DNA of 63,579 bases, filler included, from Octopus bimaculoides (lineage: Eukaryota), in assembly GCF_001194135.2 (NCBI RefSeq). It is 7 parts of 7 records of this genome, joined end to end, with 100 filler letters (N's around TTAATTAATTAA, not from the genome) between each part and the next. Parts side by side here need not be neighbours in the genome. Positions count along the whole stretch, not along the records: positions 1 to 22,531 come from NC_068988.1; positions 22,632 to 26,794 come from NW_026332332.1; positions 26,895 to 37,777 come from NC_068984.1; 4 more parts are not named here. The stretch is one strand, 5' to 3'. The notes under the pieces were generated by a model that was given only the letters and a program-made list of their open reading frames with translations, was not told the DNA's origin and did no database searches. The translations under genes and the position numbers were made by a program. Positions 13,688-26,899 of this stretch are shown here, in pieces. Position 1 is the first letter of the stretch. Each line of letters begins with the position of its first letter.

Positions 13688-14493
13688 TTATGGATGCATG
13701 TATGTGTGTATGTTAGAATGTACACGTGAGTGTGTTGGGGGTGGGTAGCTACATATTTATATTGATTTAATGCTTTCGAGAGGAAACCCAGAGCCAAAGC
13801 ATATCAGCTTATCTAGAGTGTCTGAGACTGTAATCTTGCCATCGCGCCACCCAGTATAAGATGTAAAATTGTAACGATGAACATTCTCAGGGAAGGAAAA
13901 TACACAAGATATCACAAAATATCAATTATGCAAATCTTTAGAAGGAAACACTCAGATAAATAAATCCTACATGGGGAAAGAAAAAAGGCGAGGCGGGGAT
14001 ACGAAACTATCACTAACAACTAGGTGGATAATTATCATAACCAGGCGGGATTTTACTATTCTGTATGTGTAGTATTTTGTGCCTTGTAACCAGATTTATG
14101 TGACAGCGTGTGAACGTATTTGCGTAGCTGTTTGTATGTAACTATACAACGGTGATCCCCAAACCAGTGGGCCATGAATGATTTAGTACAGGGCCGCACA
14201 GAAATGTTATTACCGATCGCAGTTTACACAGTGTATTGTATATGAAATATACATAAGTGGGCACGTTTCCTGGTGGTTAGGTTGCCCAGCTCACAATTGC
14301 GAGCTCGTGGTTTCAGTTCCTGAATTAATAGTGCGTTGTACCCTGGAGTAAAATGCTTTATCTTAAGCTTCTCTGCAACCACTCCGACACTTGACGTGCT
14401 GTAGATCGTGCAGCTGTTCAGGTAACGTGGATTTGATAGAGGGTGTGAGTTAATGTACAGCACTGAACATTTCATTACCAGAAACAAATCAAA

Positions 14494-14720
14494 GGCGGCG
14501 AGCTGGCAGAAACGTTAGTTCGCCGGGCGAAATGATTACCGGTATTTCGTCTGTCTTTATGTTCTGAGTTCAAATTCCGCCGAAGTCGACTTTGCCTTTC
14601 ATCCTTTCGCGATCGATTAAATAAGTACCAGTTACGCACTGGTATAATCGACTTGATCCGTTTATCTGTCCTTGTTTATCCCCTCTGTGTGTAGCCCCTT
14701 GTGGGCAGTAAAGAAATAAG
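14494..14720 (+). mobile_element. SINE family E with 12-bp TSD
   Basis: AGAAACAAATCA at 14480-14491 and 14719-14730. Confidence 0.85.
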
Positions 14721-15292
14721 AAACAAATCATTTGTGCAGGTCGTTCAACAACGGAACGAACATATGTCGTGTGTATGTGGTATGTAATATATAGGTAATA
14801 TTTAAATTATATATTATGCACTTTAGTGTTTTCTTTTTATGCACGTTACATCCCTATCTGTAGAAAAAATTGTCTTGCCTGAATCCTGTCCATTGTGCCA
14901 AATATGTTGGGGAACGTTGCCCAGCATAAACACATATGATATATAGACGGAAAACTGCCGAATGGCGAGTTCCCGTATTTGTTCTTAGTGAATGACATTT
15001 TTGGGAAACCCATCTTTCCATAATATCGGGTTTATTTATGCTTTGTAAGTGAAGCTAAGTCGATGGAGACTACAGTGTAGAATCCCCATCTGTTGGATTT
15101 TATTGTCATTTAAAACATTACAGCTTTGTCAAGCTGATTCCGCATAACGCCATTAGAGTTACATACGTTCAGTACAACGGTCAGCTACGTAAGTGTTAAT
15201 TCAGGGGCAGATAATTCACATCAGCAAGCAACTAAATTGTCACCGTCGTGCGATGAAAATCCAGTTCCAATTCGATAATCACACACAAATAC

Positions 15293-15331
<39 letters not shown>

Positions 15332-15924
15332 CACACAGATATAATTACATATTCCTATATGAATATGTAAATTACCTTATAATACATGTGATATATATCT
15401 ATGAATGTATGTATGTATGGATGTTTGTGTGTGCATCTATATGTAAATATGTATGTATACAAATGCAAATAGTTATGTGTACTCTTACACTTAGCCCAAT
15501 ATACAAAATCATGCAGACGTTACGCACGAGCATGTACAATGTAATGACGCAAATGTAACAACGTGATTTAGCAAAAGTTTTCGAGAATCTCACCACGTTT
15601 GCCACCCAACATTGAGCTCCACACATCAATTTGAAATCAAACCTTAAGGGGATGATACATGNNNNNNNNNNATGTGTTTATGTGTATATGTACGTATACA
15701 GAGTAGTATTGGATATCCTTCGATACTGTGTCGGTCGGAAACAAGACATACATCCACATCATTTACATATTCATTTACATATACGTGCATGAGCATGTAT
15801 GTGTGTGAGAGTGTGTGGCATATGTGTGTGTTGTGTATGTGTGAGTGTGTGTGTGTGTGTGAGAGAGAGATAGCTTGTGTGTAAGTAAATGTGTATATAG
15901 TATATATTCATGTACATGTATATG

Positions 15925-15980
<56 letters not shown>

Positions 15981-16791
15981 GGTATATACTTATACACCTT
16001 AGATAAAACGACACATACACATAGAGAACAACGGTATCATTACCACAATTACCATCAGCATCATCAACCAATAGAAAGGTAGAAAAGCAATCACATTTGC
16101 TTAAGGTCCTTACTGGAGTTGAGCATGGAAAAGTTACCTCCCACAACCACTACCAGTTGTCATCCAGCATCTTTTCTTTGGTGATGTGGTTGACATACAT
16201 TACTTGTAAATAAAACTCAAGTACAGCTATGCATACCAAACAGGTTGTATGCCAAATTGAATTACAGCTGCATAAGATCCCGGTATGAGGTCTCCCGGGA
16301 CGAGAGAAAGGGAGTGGTAATGAGACTGTAAAAGAAAAAGGGCTGTGGTTTGTGGATTGTTTGTAAACCATAGCTGGATATGAAGTTGAGAAGCTGAGAT
16401 CGTGGTTCTGTATGTGTTAGCATGTAGCATGCAGCAGAATGTCTATACGAATATATCTATGTATATGTGTATGTAGATACGCACGCATTTTGTATATATA
16501 AATATATATATATATATATANNNNNNNNNNNNNNNNNNNNNNNNNNNNNNNNNNNNNNNNNNNNNNNNNNNNNNNNNNNNNNNNNNNNNNNNNNNNNNNN
16601 NNNNNNNNNNNNNNNNNNNNNNNNNNNNNNNNNNNNNNNNNNNNNNNNNNNNNNNNNNNNNNNNNNNNNNNNNNNNNNNNNNNNNNNNNNNNNNNNNNNN
16701 NNNNNNNNNNNNNNNNNNNNNNNNNNNNNNNNNNNNNNNNNNNNNNNNNNNNNNNNNNNNNNNNNNNNNNNNNNNNNNNNNNNNNNNNNNN

Positions 16792-16823
<32 letters not shown>

Positions 16824-18176
16824 GCATGTATGTATACATACTTACGAATGTACACATGCACATATATATATGCTTGTATGTATATATATATATGTATGTA
16901 AATGCACATATATGTGTGTATCTATATATGTATGTATACATGTGAGTGTGTGTGTGTGTGTTTGTGTGTGTTTGTGTGTGTGTGTGTGTGTGTTTGTGTG
17001 TGTGTGTATGGTTGTGCGTGTGAACATGTATGTATCTGTGTATGTCTATGTGCGTGTTTGTCATTGCGTGTATGCGTGTACACAGGGGGCTGTATTGGAA
17101 GTCCGATGAAAGTGATGCGCTGGAAATAAAACATTATTTTACTGTGTGAGAAATATATATCGAAAAGAAAGAGAATACCTGTGTATTTTTGTGTGTTTCT
17201 TTGTGTGAGATTCCATATATGTTTGCGTGCTTCCATATATGTGTGTGTTCCCTATAAGTGCGTGTTAAAATATCTGCGTATATAAAAGTAAAGAGCAGAG
17301 ATTGGGGGAGAGGAAGCATGTACGTTGTGCGTTATATGGAAAGCAATATAAAATGTGTAAGAGAAAGAATAATGAAGAGTTTGTAAGAAATAAGCAAATG
17401 AAGAGGCATATCGGGAGGTAAATATATGTGAAGAGCAGGTGTGTGCGTATGTGTGTGTGAGAGGTATGCTTGTGGGTGGGTGTGATTTTTTTGTCTCTAT
17501 GTGAGCGTGAATGTGTGTATGTGTTGGTGTGTATGTATGTGTGTGCGTGTGCTTAAATGAAAATTGAATTCATGTACATGTATTTGAGATTTCGTCTTTT
17601 AAGCTTGCTAGGAACTTTAAGACTTAATACTAAACCAGATAACAGCACACTTGATGACGAAAGCCAAGAAGAATTAATTTAGAATGTAAAGAATTATTAT
17701 TATCTCACTTAATGAAAAAATAATTAGCGACAATATAATTTATCCGTTACAATTATAGAAAATCAGGAATCAATTTATTATTCAAATTCAATAATTTATT
17801 TTTTGCCACCTGTTTCAGTCTCTCAAGCCTTTTCAGCACAGTATTTGTACAATACGAATATTAATAATTGAATGAATTCAAGACGTATCACATGTCAAGT
17901 GAATCCAACTATATATTGATGCTATTGAAAAAAACATACAACATGAAATCGGCGACCTACTAAACCTAGTGAGATGTGACAGCGATCCCACGCGTTGTAT
18001 GAATAAATGGATCTCAGTTGAGGACGCTTGAAGAACAAGAAAAGACATTTAAGGGTAAAAAAATCATAAATTATTGAATTCAACTTTACGATGAAAGTAC
18101 AAGTTTTTTTCTTTCTTTTTTTTCTTTTTAGAAGCGTTGAGATGTAGTGTAAGAATCAGAAATTAATTTATTTCTC

Positions 18177-18289
18177 AAACGCCTGATAATGCTATAAATA
18201 GCGTGATCAGGATTGGCCAGTAACGTATTTTTCTGCAATATATGGATAATTTATCCTGATCACGCTATTTATAGCATTATCCCGCGTTT
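18177..18289. repeat. 37-bp inverted repeat with 39-nt spacer
   Basis: 18177-18213 versus the reverse complement of 18253-18289; 35 of 37 identical. Confidence 0.9.
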
Positions 18290-18607
18290 CATAAGTTGTT
18301 GAATTTATATACTACGTTATCTTCTGAATGTGCTGATCTAAGAAAAGTAAAATGATGTGTCTCATCCTGAATCTCTTCTCCCTTTCAAATAGAATATACG
18401 AGGGAATGCTGGAAAGTTCCTGGCTTTAATGTTGTCGCATATTGTAGGACTTATGTAGGCTGTAAAAGAAAGAAGTCTATCTAAACGATAGCGACAATAG
18501 AAATAACAACGAAAGGCCAACGGAGAAATAGTGGCCAAATTCATTCAAATCACGCCCTAACGTCTGATTTAAAGATGGCTTCGATGATGCACACTTAGAG
18601 TTCACTA

Positions 18608-18835
18608 TACGAGGGGATGGCGGTTACTGAAAAGTTCCTGGGTTTAAGAGTATCGCGAAAGGCCTGGTTGGAGGCCAGACCTTCCAAGTTTTTTTACAGC
18701 GTTTAGAAAAAACTGAAGGGCTGCTACAATAAGTGTGTGAACCTGAGAGGGGAATATGTGGAATAAAATGATAATTAGCTGATCAGCCTGTATTTTTCTT
18801 TATCCAACGCCAACAACTTTTCAGCACTCCTCGTG
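18608..18835. mobile_element. Mariner-type MITE, copy 3
   Basis: Same TIR and internal sequence (ATCGCGAAAGGCCTGGTTGGAG). A lone left TIR also sits at about 18395-18432. Confidence 0.7.
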
Positions 18836-19032
18836 CTCAACAGGATGTAAATCAGGATCTTCTCGTTGTTCTATTACGATATTTTAGTTCAAAGAGCACC
18901 AACGTGTCTCTAACCGAGTGGCGCATAGATAAAAGTATATTTACAAACTTCTGTGGACTTCAGATTTCGACATTCAGAATATAGACTTATTTTTAACATA
19001 GCACCAGGTACAAGAAAGGGGGGAGAGAGAGA

Positions 19033-19088
<56 letters not shown>

Positions 19089-20449
19089 CTATACCATGTT
19101 GATAAACAAAATTGTTATTTTAACTAGATTCACTGTTATACATTTTCATTTGCTTTATTACCATATAAGATGATATTTCAGAGCTTCGATCTAATCGCAG
19201 CACAAAGGCTACGCATAAATGCTGAAGATTTTCCATATAATGTAATAATTCCTAAAATTCCTTGTCAGAATGGACAATTAATACTGTCATGGCACAGACA
19301 TGTCCAACTGAAACTAGAAATTCAGAATTGCGGTGCAATCTTTGAATTCAATAAGTATTAATATGGACACTACATTAACATGTGCCGTAAGTGCCTGAGA
19401 CGCCAAAGCGTATAAATATGGTAAAGAATAAATTATTGAAATTGAATGTTCAGATGTCCCTCGGCTTATGCTTAAGAAGAAATATTAGTGTATCTGTAGA
19501 GGAAACATAATTCGCTGGTCCATCTCTCCCTCTCTCCCGTGCGCGCTCCTATCGTTCGCTAGCAGTCATGGCTGATTTCATAATTAATCAAGCACCACGA
19601 GCCTGACACCTTATTGAAGGTGTGGACATATACTTTCGTTAATACTGTTTGCAAGAGATTGCGCTAACTTGACGCTAATTACTAGCAAAACACTCTCAGG
19701 GAGTCGGAAATCTTTTTTATCGGGCAAAAAGTAACAATCAAAGTGATACATAATTCATGGTCGCTGCAGTTGCTGTCGTAAAATGCTTGCCATTCGTAGC
19801 CAAAGATCGGCCCTCTAATTGCCGCGTGACATGCTTTCTTTTAATGCCTTCTACCATTGATATTGGCATCAACAAGACTCGTTTCCACAGAATACTAGTT
19901 ATTAGTTTAACTGTACATTGAGGTATATTCGGTTCCCCGAGGCATTGCATTTCCTCATGCCCTGGGTAAAAAATATAAATATACCCCGGTGTGAGAACTG
20001 TGTGATGTTATGGCCTTTCACGTGATTTGGTGTGATCACTTCGTTTTGCTACATGATAGACATGGTGATGAAACAATATTTTTTTTCTTTATAACTTAAT
20101 TATAGTTCAGGTTCAATTTTCAGCTGGTGTAAAGGGAGATAGTGACTGGAGGTTGCTGCAGGAAAACGTAGGGAATATGTTCGGATTGCTGTGCTAAGAG
20201 AAATGGGTTTATATTGTAGGGATTACGTAGGTTGTCGAATAACCAGGTGAACAATTTGTGCAAGTGAATCGCTTGCTGTAAGAGTTAAACACCCCATTGT
20301 AATCCCATAACTGACGGTACAGTACAAGACTGATGAAAACGCTGTTTTTGACTCATGACAACATAGAACTTTGTATCATTTTGACCCAACTTAGTTAATA
20401 TTGCTTAATTCAATTATTAAGTAGTTGTATCTATAACAAGTAATCATTA

Positions 20450-20492
<43 letters not shown>

Positions 20493-20580
20493 GCTGGATA
20501 ACCCGTCAAGTGTAAATAAACATCGTTGTTGAGAATGTTTTCTTTCTTCCAATCAGCTATCTTATGAGGATGGATTATAA

Positions 20581-20815
20581 TTAATTTAGTGATTTACTGG
20601 CATTCAATGATGGCGTATTTGTACTGGTTGTATTGGCTGATTTCAGCTTAGAGTTAAAGGCATTCTCAATTGATCGTAAATCACAACTATCAAATAAAAT
20701 ATTAGTAACTTCAGCAAAATAGTCAGCATCATATCTAAATGGTGATGTATGGAAATCATTAATGTAGTCTAAGAAGAGCAGTGAATCTAAGATACGGATG
20801 CCCATGGGACACTTT
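20581..20815 (-). mobile_element. Highly decayed CR1/L2-type RT fragment
   Basis: VPMGIRILDSLLFLDYINDF...YDAD resembles VPQGSILGPLLFLIYINDL...YADD. Confidence 0.55.
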
Positions 20816-23102
20816 TGGTTATATATTACAATAAATACCGTCTGAGTTCTATTCCGGAAAAATCGCTGTTGATGTTTCAGATGTGGCGTGAACTGAGAAG
20901 ATATAAAGAGGAAAATTAATGTATATTACTTTACATAGACTTTAAACACCTAGATTACCTGAAAGGTAGCATTGTGTATTAATGTATTCAGTCATCCTTA
21001 TAAGTGAAATTGTTTCTAACTCATTTTTAAAGGAACTGTCAAAGCCAGGAAAAATGTTGATTTTTCATTGGAATAACTTCATATAATGTAAATTACGCTT
21101 TCTAATGAACATAAATTGCAGAGAATCTAAACGACAGCGACTTTTAGGAAGACGATGTCATTTTTCAATAAGTCTTCACAGCTCATTCTATTTCTTATTC
21201 AGCATGGCTTGTATTTATTCAACGTTCATATTTGCTTCGAAATGGCTGATATTCCTTTTTCTTCTTTACATCGTGCTGTCGTTGTTAACAATTCCTGTAA
21301 AAGAATAGTCTCCGACACTTGCTCATACATCTACTAATCTTAAATTGCAGCGTAAACATTGAATAGTTGCTACACAGAATATAGGTACTAGACATGTTTT
21401 ATATTAAAAGCTGGGAGGATTTTAAACGATACAACATGTTCTTTACGTCATTAGGATGTTTTCATCTGCAGCAACTGTCTTGAGTATAGGAATAATTATT
21501 CGGTTTATGAGCTTCACATTAATAGCATAATGTGCGTCAGTAAATATACAAACGTACATGTAGATACACATACTGTCATCTATACATACATGCATACATA
21601 CATAAAATTATACTACAGCTGTCACTCGGAATCGAAGATGATTTGGTAATATGAAAGAAGCGTTCGCGCTATGCTTTGCAAATTGCGTACGGGTGGCTTT
21701 GTATTTGTGAGCAGCCATAGACGCTTTTCACGTTTGAACCCCTTTACCACGCAACGAGATGCCCGAACCAAGAATCAAACCCATGATCTTATGATCGTCA
21801 TTCCAAAGACACAACTTCAAATATGCGAGTACATTTGTATAAACCGCAGTTTCGAAATCACTCTCAAACATTTCCTTGCAAAAAAAATCATGCATCTATG
21901 TATACATAAAACATACAGAGCGACTTTCCAAGATGCAGCCAATTTACATCCACCATGTGTATGCGTGAGTGTGTTTCTGTAAATTTCTGGGAGGTTAACA
22001 TGGAAACATGCAAAGAAAAGGCAACTGTCAGCAGAATTAGTCAAACGTCGTTTAGACCAGATTTTCTAGATACTTCCTCATGAACAGGTCAGTATGTACA
22101 ATGTCAGGAAAGGGCTGCTGACTCATTTGAGATGCTCCCAGATTCCTCATCGTCATAGTTTTGAAACAAAAAGACTACAACACCCCAAGCCACTGGTTTG
22201 CAAGTATATATATATACATATTTTCTCTTGGCACTCCGTCGCTTACGACGTCAAGGGTTCCAGTTGAGCCGATGCGTTTTTAGTAACACTCCCTTCCTTG
22301 CAAGTCTGGTGGTCGATCTAGTTTAGAAGTTAACGACCCGAAGATGCCACAGGCTTTACTACTCTTACGAATTACGAGTAAAGAGCACACATGAGAGATC
22401 TGACAATCTCTTCTCTATTTATTTAATATCTTTCTATCTGTCTATCTTTCTGTATATGTATCTTTCTGTTTATCTCTATGTGAGTACATATATACATATA
22501 TAAGGGTACTTATGTATATATATATATATATNNNNNNNNNNNNNNNNNNNNNNNNNNNNNNNNNNNNNNNNNNNNTTAATTAATTAANNNNNNNNNNNNN
22601 NNNNNNNNNNNNNNNNNNNNNNNNNNNNNNNGTATGTATGTATATATATATATGTTCGAATATGTGTGTGTGTGTGTGTGTATATGTATGTGTATGTATA
22701 TATATTATATATTGAGCGTTAGAAATCTAATATTTGTAGAATCCATAAAAAAAAAGTATTCCACCGAGTGAGAGAAAAATACGAATCTAACCAAACAATT
22801 AGGAAATAGATTTTGGTTTCGTTGTTGTTCCTCTTTTTCCTATTCCAGTTTTTGCATCAAACATCTTCACATTTTCTCTCTCATTTTCTCATTTTCCTAG
22901 AGGTCATTGGCCTGTTTTTTTAAAAATACTTCTAACGCATAAACCGAGACTGAGAGATTACACGGAGATACAGGGGGTTATTTTATAAATCTTCCTAATG
23001 AAAGAATCGTAAAAGCATGAAATCATTAATAGCTGTTTTGAAATTGCGTATTAATTTACACACACACCCACTCACATACACACACACACGTACACATATA
23101 TA

Positions 23103-23270
23103 GGTGCTGGCGTGGTTGTGTGGTAAGTAGCTTATTTCCCAACCACATGGTCCCGGGTTCAGTCCCACTGCGTGGCACCTTGGGCAAGTGTCTTCTACTA
23201 TAGCCTCGGGCCAACCAAAGCCTTGTGAGTGGATTTGGTAGACGGAAACTGAAAGAAGCCCGTCGTATAT
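23103..23270 (+). mobile_element. SINE family D head, cut by a gap
   Basis: Near-identical to 33437-33600. Confidence 0.8.
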
Positions 23271-24714
23271 ATGTATANNNNNNNNNNNNNNNNNNNNNNN
23301 NNNNNNNNNNNNNNNNNNNNNNNNNNNNNNNNNNNNNNNNNNNNNNNNNNNNNNNNNNNNNNNNNNNNNNNNNNNNNNNNNNNNNNNNNNNNNNNNNNNN
23401 NNNNNNNNNNNNNNNNNNNNNNNNNNNNNNNNNNNNNNNNNNNNNNNNNNNNNNNNNNNNNNNNNNNNNNNNNNNNNNNNNNNNNNNNNNNNNNNNNNNN
23501 NNNNNNNNNNNNNNNNNNNNNNNNNNNNNNNNNNNNNNNNNNNNNNNNNNNNNNNNNNNNNNNNNNNNNNNNNNNNNNNNNNNNNNNNNNNNNNNNNNNN
23601 NNNNNNNNNNNNNNNNNNNNNNNNNNNNNNNNNNNNNNNNNNNNNNNNNNNNNNNNNNNNNNNNNNNNNNNNNNNNNNNNNNNNNNNNNNNNNNNNNNNN
23701 NNNNNNNNNNNNNNNNNNNNNNNNNNNNNNNNNNNNNNNNNNNNNNNNNNNNNNNNNNNNNNNNNNNNNNNNNNNNNNNNNNNNNNNNNNNNNNNNNNNN
23801 NNNNNNNNNNNNNNNNNNNNNNNNNNNNNNNNTTCATTGATACATACATAAACTAACATTATTCTAATATAATCTAACTTTACCACATGTTAAAATTCCA
23901 GCAACAACAACAATAACAACAATAATGGCAGCCATAAAATCGTTAATTACAAGCTCAGCTTTTAATGAACGATTTCACTTTATTTGTCATTAACTCACAC
24001 ATTTCCTAATTTCCTCACGTTACGGAAATCCCTCCATTAACGTCTTCAGATAATTTATTGCTGTTTCACTAACGAGTATTTTGCAATCACTAATTCCTCA
24101 TGGCTGACCAATCGTGAAGACGTGTCTGGCTCAGTGATTAGGGTGTTGCTCTGAAGGTCGTAAGATCGTGGGTTCGATTCCTCGACAGGGCAGTGCGGTG
24201 TGTCCTTCAGCGTGTCACTTTATTTCACTTTTCTCCTGTTTACTCACCTGGAAATGACTTAACCAGACGACCACTGGTTCAATCCCTCTCTGTCTTCCCT
24301 TCTCTTTCTCCTAGTATTTTACTTTCTCTCTTCCTCCATCTTCTCTCTCTCTCTCTCTCTTTGTCAAAGAAATGTGGACAGAATGAAAAACGGGAACAAA
24401 GAAAACAAAAACATGGAAAACGAACTGTTTTTTGAACAACGAAAGAAACAAATAGAGAAACAAGACAGGCAACATAAAGAACGGTCCCTTCATCAGTTGT
24501 CCCCTGTTTTATCTACTCCGCGTTTTTATATATATATATATATATATATACACATGCCATGTGTGTGAATTAGCTAGACAGAAACTACTGTTTACTACTC
24601 TGGGCTAAAGTCATACCCAGAAGTATTTTAATACAGAGAAGAGTGTACATGGGCCAAGGGACATAAATTTGTTTGATTTCCGTTCACTGATTTTGTTTGA
24701 TACAGAAACCAAAC

Positions 24715-25335
24715 ATTATTTTGGATTATGACGGTAAAACGTGTAAAGTTATGCGGTATTGAGTTCGATTCCGGGACTGGGCTGTGTGTTGTATCCTCGA
24801 GCAAAACACTTTATTTCTTGTTGTTCCATTTCCCTCTGCTGTAGAAATGAGTTGCGACGTCACTGGTGCCAAGCTGTATCGGCCCCTTTGCCTTTCCCTT
24901 GGATAACATCAGTGGTGTGGAGAGGGGAAACCAGGATGCATGGGCGACTGCTGGTCTTCCATAAACAACCTTGGCCGGACTTGTGCCTCGGAGGGGGAAC
25001 ATTCTTGGTGCAATCACAGGGTCATTCATGACCGAAGGGGTTCGATACACCTTCACCCGATGTGTATATAATGGCGTGGAGAGAGGAGGCTGGTATTAAC
25101 ATCCTTGCCCAGACTTGTCACTCAGAGGGGAACTTTCTAGATGCAATCCCTTGGTCATTTGTGACCGAAGGGGGTCCTTACCCTTTAACACATGTATATA
25201 TAATGGTGTGGAGAGGGAAGGATGGTATGTATGGATGACCGGTGGTCTCCCAGAAACAACCTTGCCCAGGCTAGTGGCTCGGAGGGGAGCTTTGAAGATA
25301 CAATCTCTTGGTCATCCTCCATGACGAAAGGGGGG
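24715..25335 (+). mobile_element. SINE family H (my label) with its 3' half present three times
   Basis: B box GAGTTCGATTCC. The module GTGGAGAG(G/A)GGA...AACCTTG(G/C)CC...GACCGAAGGGG recurs at about 24895, 25060 and 25195. Confidence 0.6.
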
Positions 25336-26498
25336 GGGGTCTTTGTCCTAGTGGAGTAAAGGTAACCAGATTCAAACAACATTTGTGGAATGATTAATAG
25401 ATCGATAATAAAGAGGGGGATTGATGGGGAGGGGGGAATAGACAANNNNNNNNNNNNNNNNNNNNNNNNNNNNNNNNNNNNNNNNNNNNNNNNNNNNNNN
25501 NNNNNNNNNNNNNNNNNNNNNNNNNNNNNNNNNNNNNNNNNNNNNNNNNNNNNNNNNNNNNNNNNNNNNNNNNNNNNNNNNNNNNNNNNNNNNNNNNNNN
25601 NNNNNNNNNNNNNNNNNNNNNNNNNNNNNNNNNNNNNNNNNNNNNNNNNNNNNNNNNNNNNNNNNNNNNNNNNNNNNNNNNNNNNNNNNNNNNNNNNNNN
25701 NNNNNNNNNNNNNNNNNNNNNNNNNNNNNNNNNNNNNNNNNNNNNNNNNNNNNNNNNNNNNNNNNNNNNNNNNNNNNNNNNNNNNNNNNNNNNNNNNNNN
25801 NNNNNNNNNNNNNNNNNNNNNNNNNNNNNNNNNNNNNNNNNNNNNNNNNNNNNNNNNNNNCACCATTACTACCACCACTACCATCAACTCCGGAACAACA
25901 AAGAAAACAACAACAATGACCATTTCAAAAACAAATTCCACCACAAGATCAAAGCCACCACCACCAACACCACCACCACCAACACCACCACCACCACCAC
26001 CAACACCACCATCAGCAGCAGTAGTACCATCGCAACCACCACTATTACTGCAACAATCATCTTCAGCACCTACACCACATTCATCAACAGCTACCACCAC
26101 CACATTCATCATCACCACCGCCACCACTTACATCATCATCATCATCACTACCACCACCACTACCACCGTCACCACCACCACCACCACCACCACTACCACC
26201 GCCGCCGCCGCGGCCGCCGCCATAGCAACGCTGACCATCGTTGGCAGTTTGACGCTGGCCTTTGCTGCTTTGCACAAGAATTCTTTGTCCAAGATTTATG
26301 ACAAGCCACAATCAATTCTTCATATTTACACAACACACTCGCCAAAGTTCCGGCCTCTCTGTGTACGTGTGTACGTGTGTGTGTACGTCTGTGTATGTTT
26401 GTACGTGTGCATGTACGTCTGAGTGTGCGTGTGTGTATATATGTGCGTGTGCATGTATGTATGTATGTATATATATATATATATGTATATATATATAC

Positions 26499-26534
<36 letters not shown>

Positions 26535-26899
26535 TTCTATTAATGTGTATATATATGTAGACATCTATAAATAAGTGTATATTATTTGGATATGTATATG
26601 CATAAATGCATGTATATATGTAAATAGATGCGTACATGTGTATATATAGGTGCGAATATATATATATATGTGTGTATATATATATTTAAGTATACATATA
26701 TATTTATGTATATATATATGTGTTTTTTTTATGCATGTATGTGTATATGGATATGAATATATTTGTATATGAATATAAGTATATGTATATATGTNNNNNN
26801 NNNNNNNNNNNNNNNNNNNNNNNNNNNNNNNNNNNNNNTTAATTAATTAANNNNNNNNNNNNNNNNNNNNNNNNNNNNNNNNNNNNNNNNNNNNTACTT

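Noticed and set aside
16150-16430. Strong minus-strand acceptor (CCCTTTTTCTTTTACAG) with overlapping short ORFs
   Set aside because: No recognisable peptide, no partner exon, and such tracts are common in T-rich DNA.
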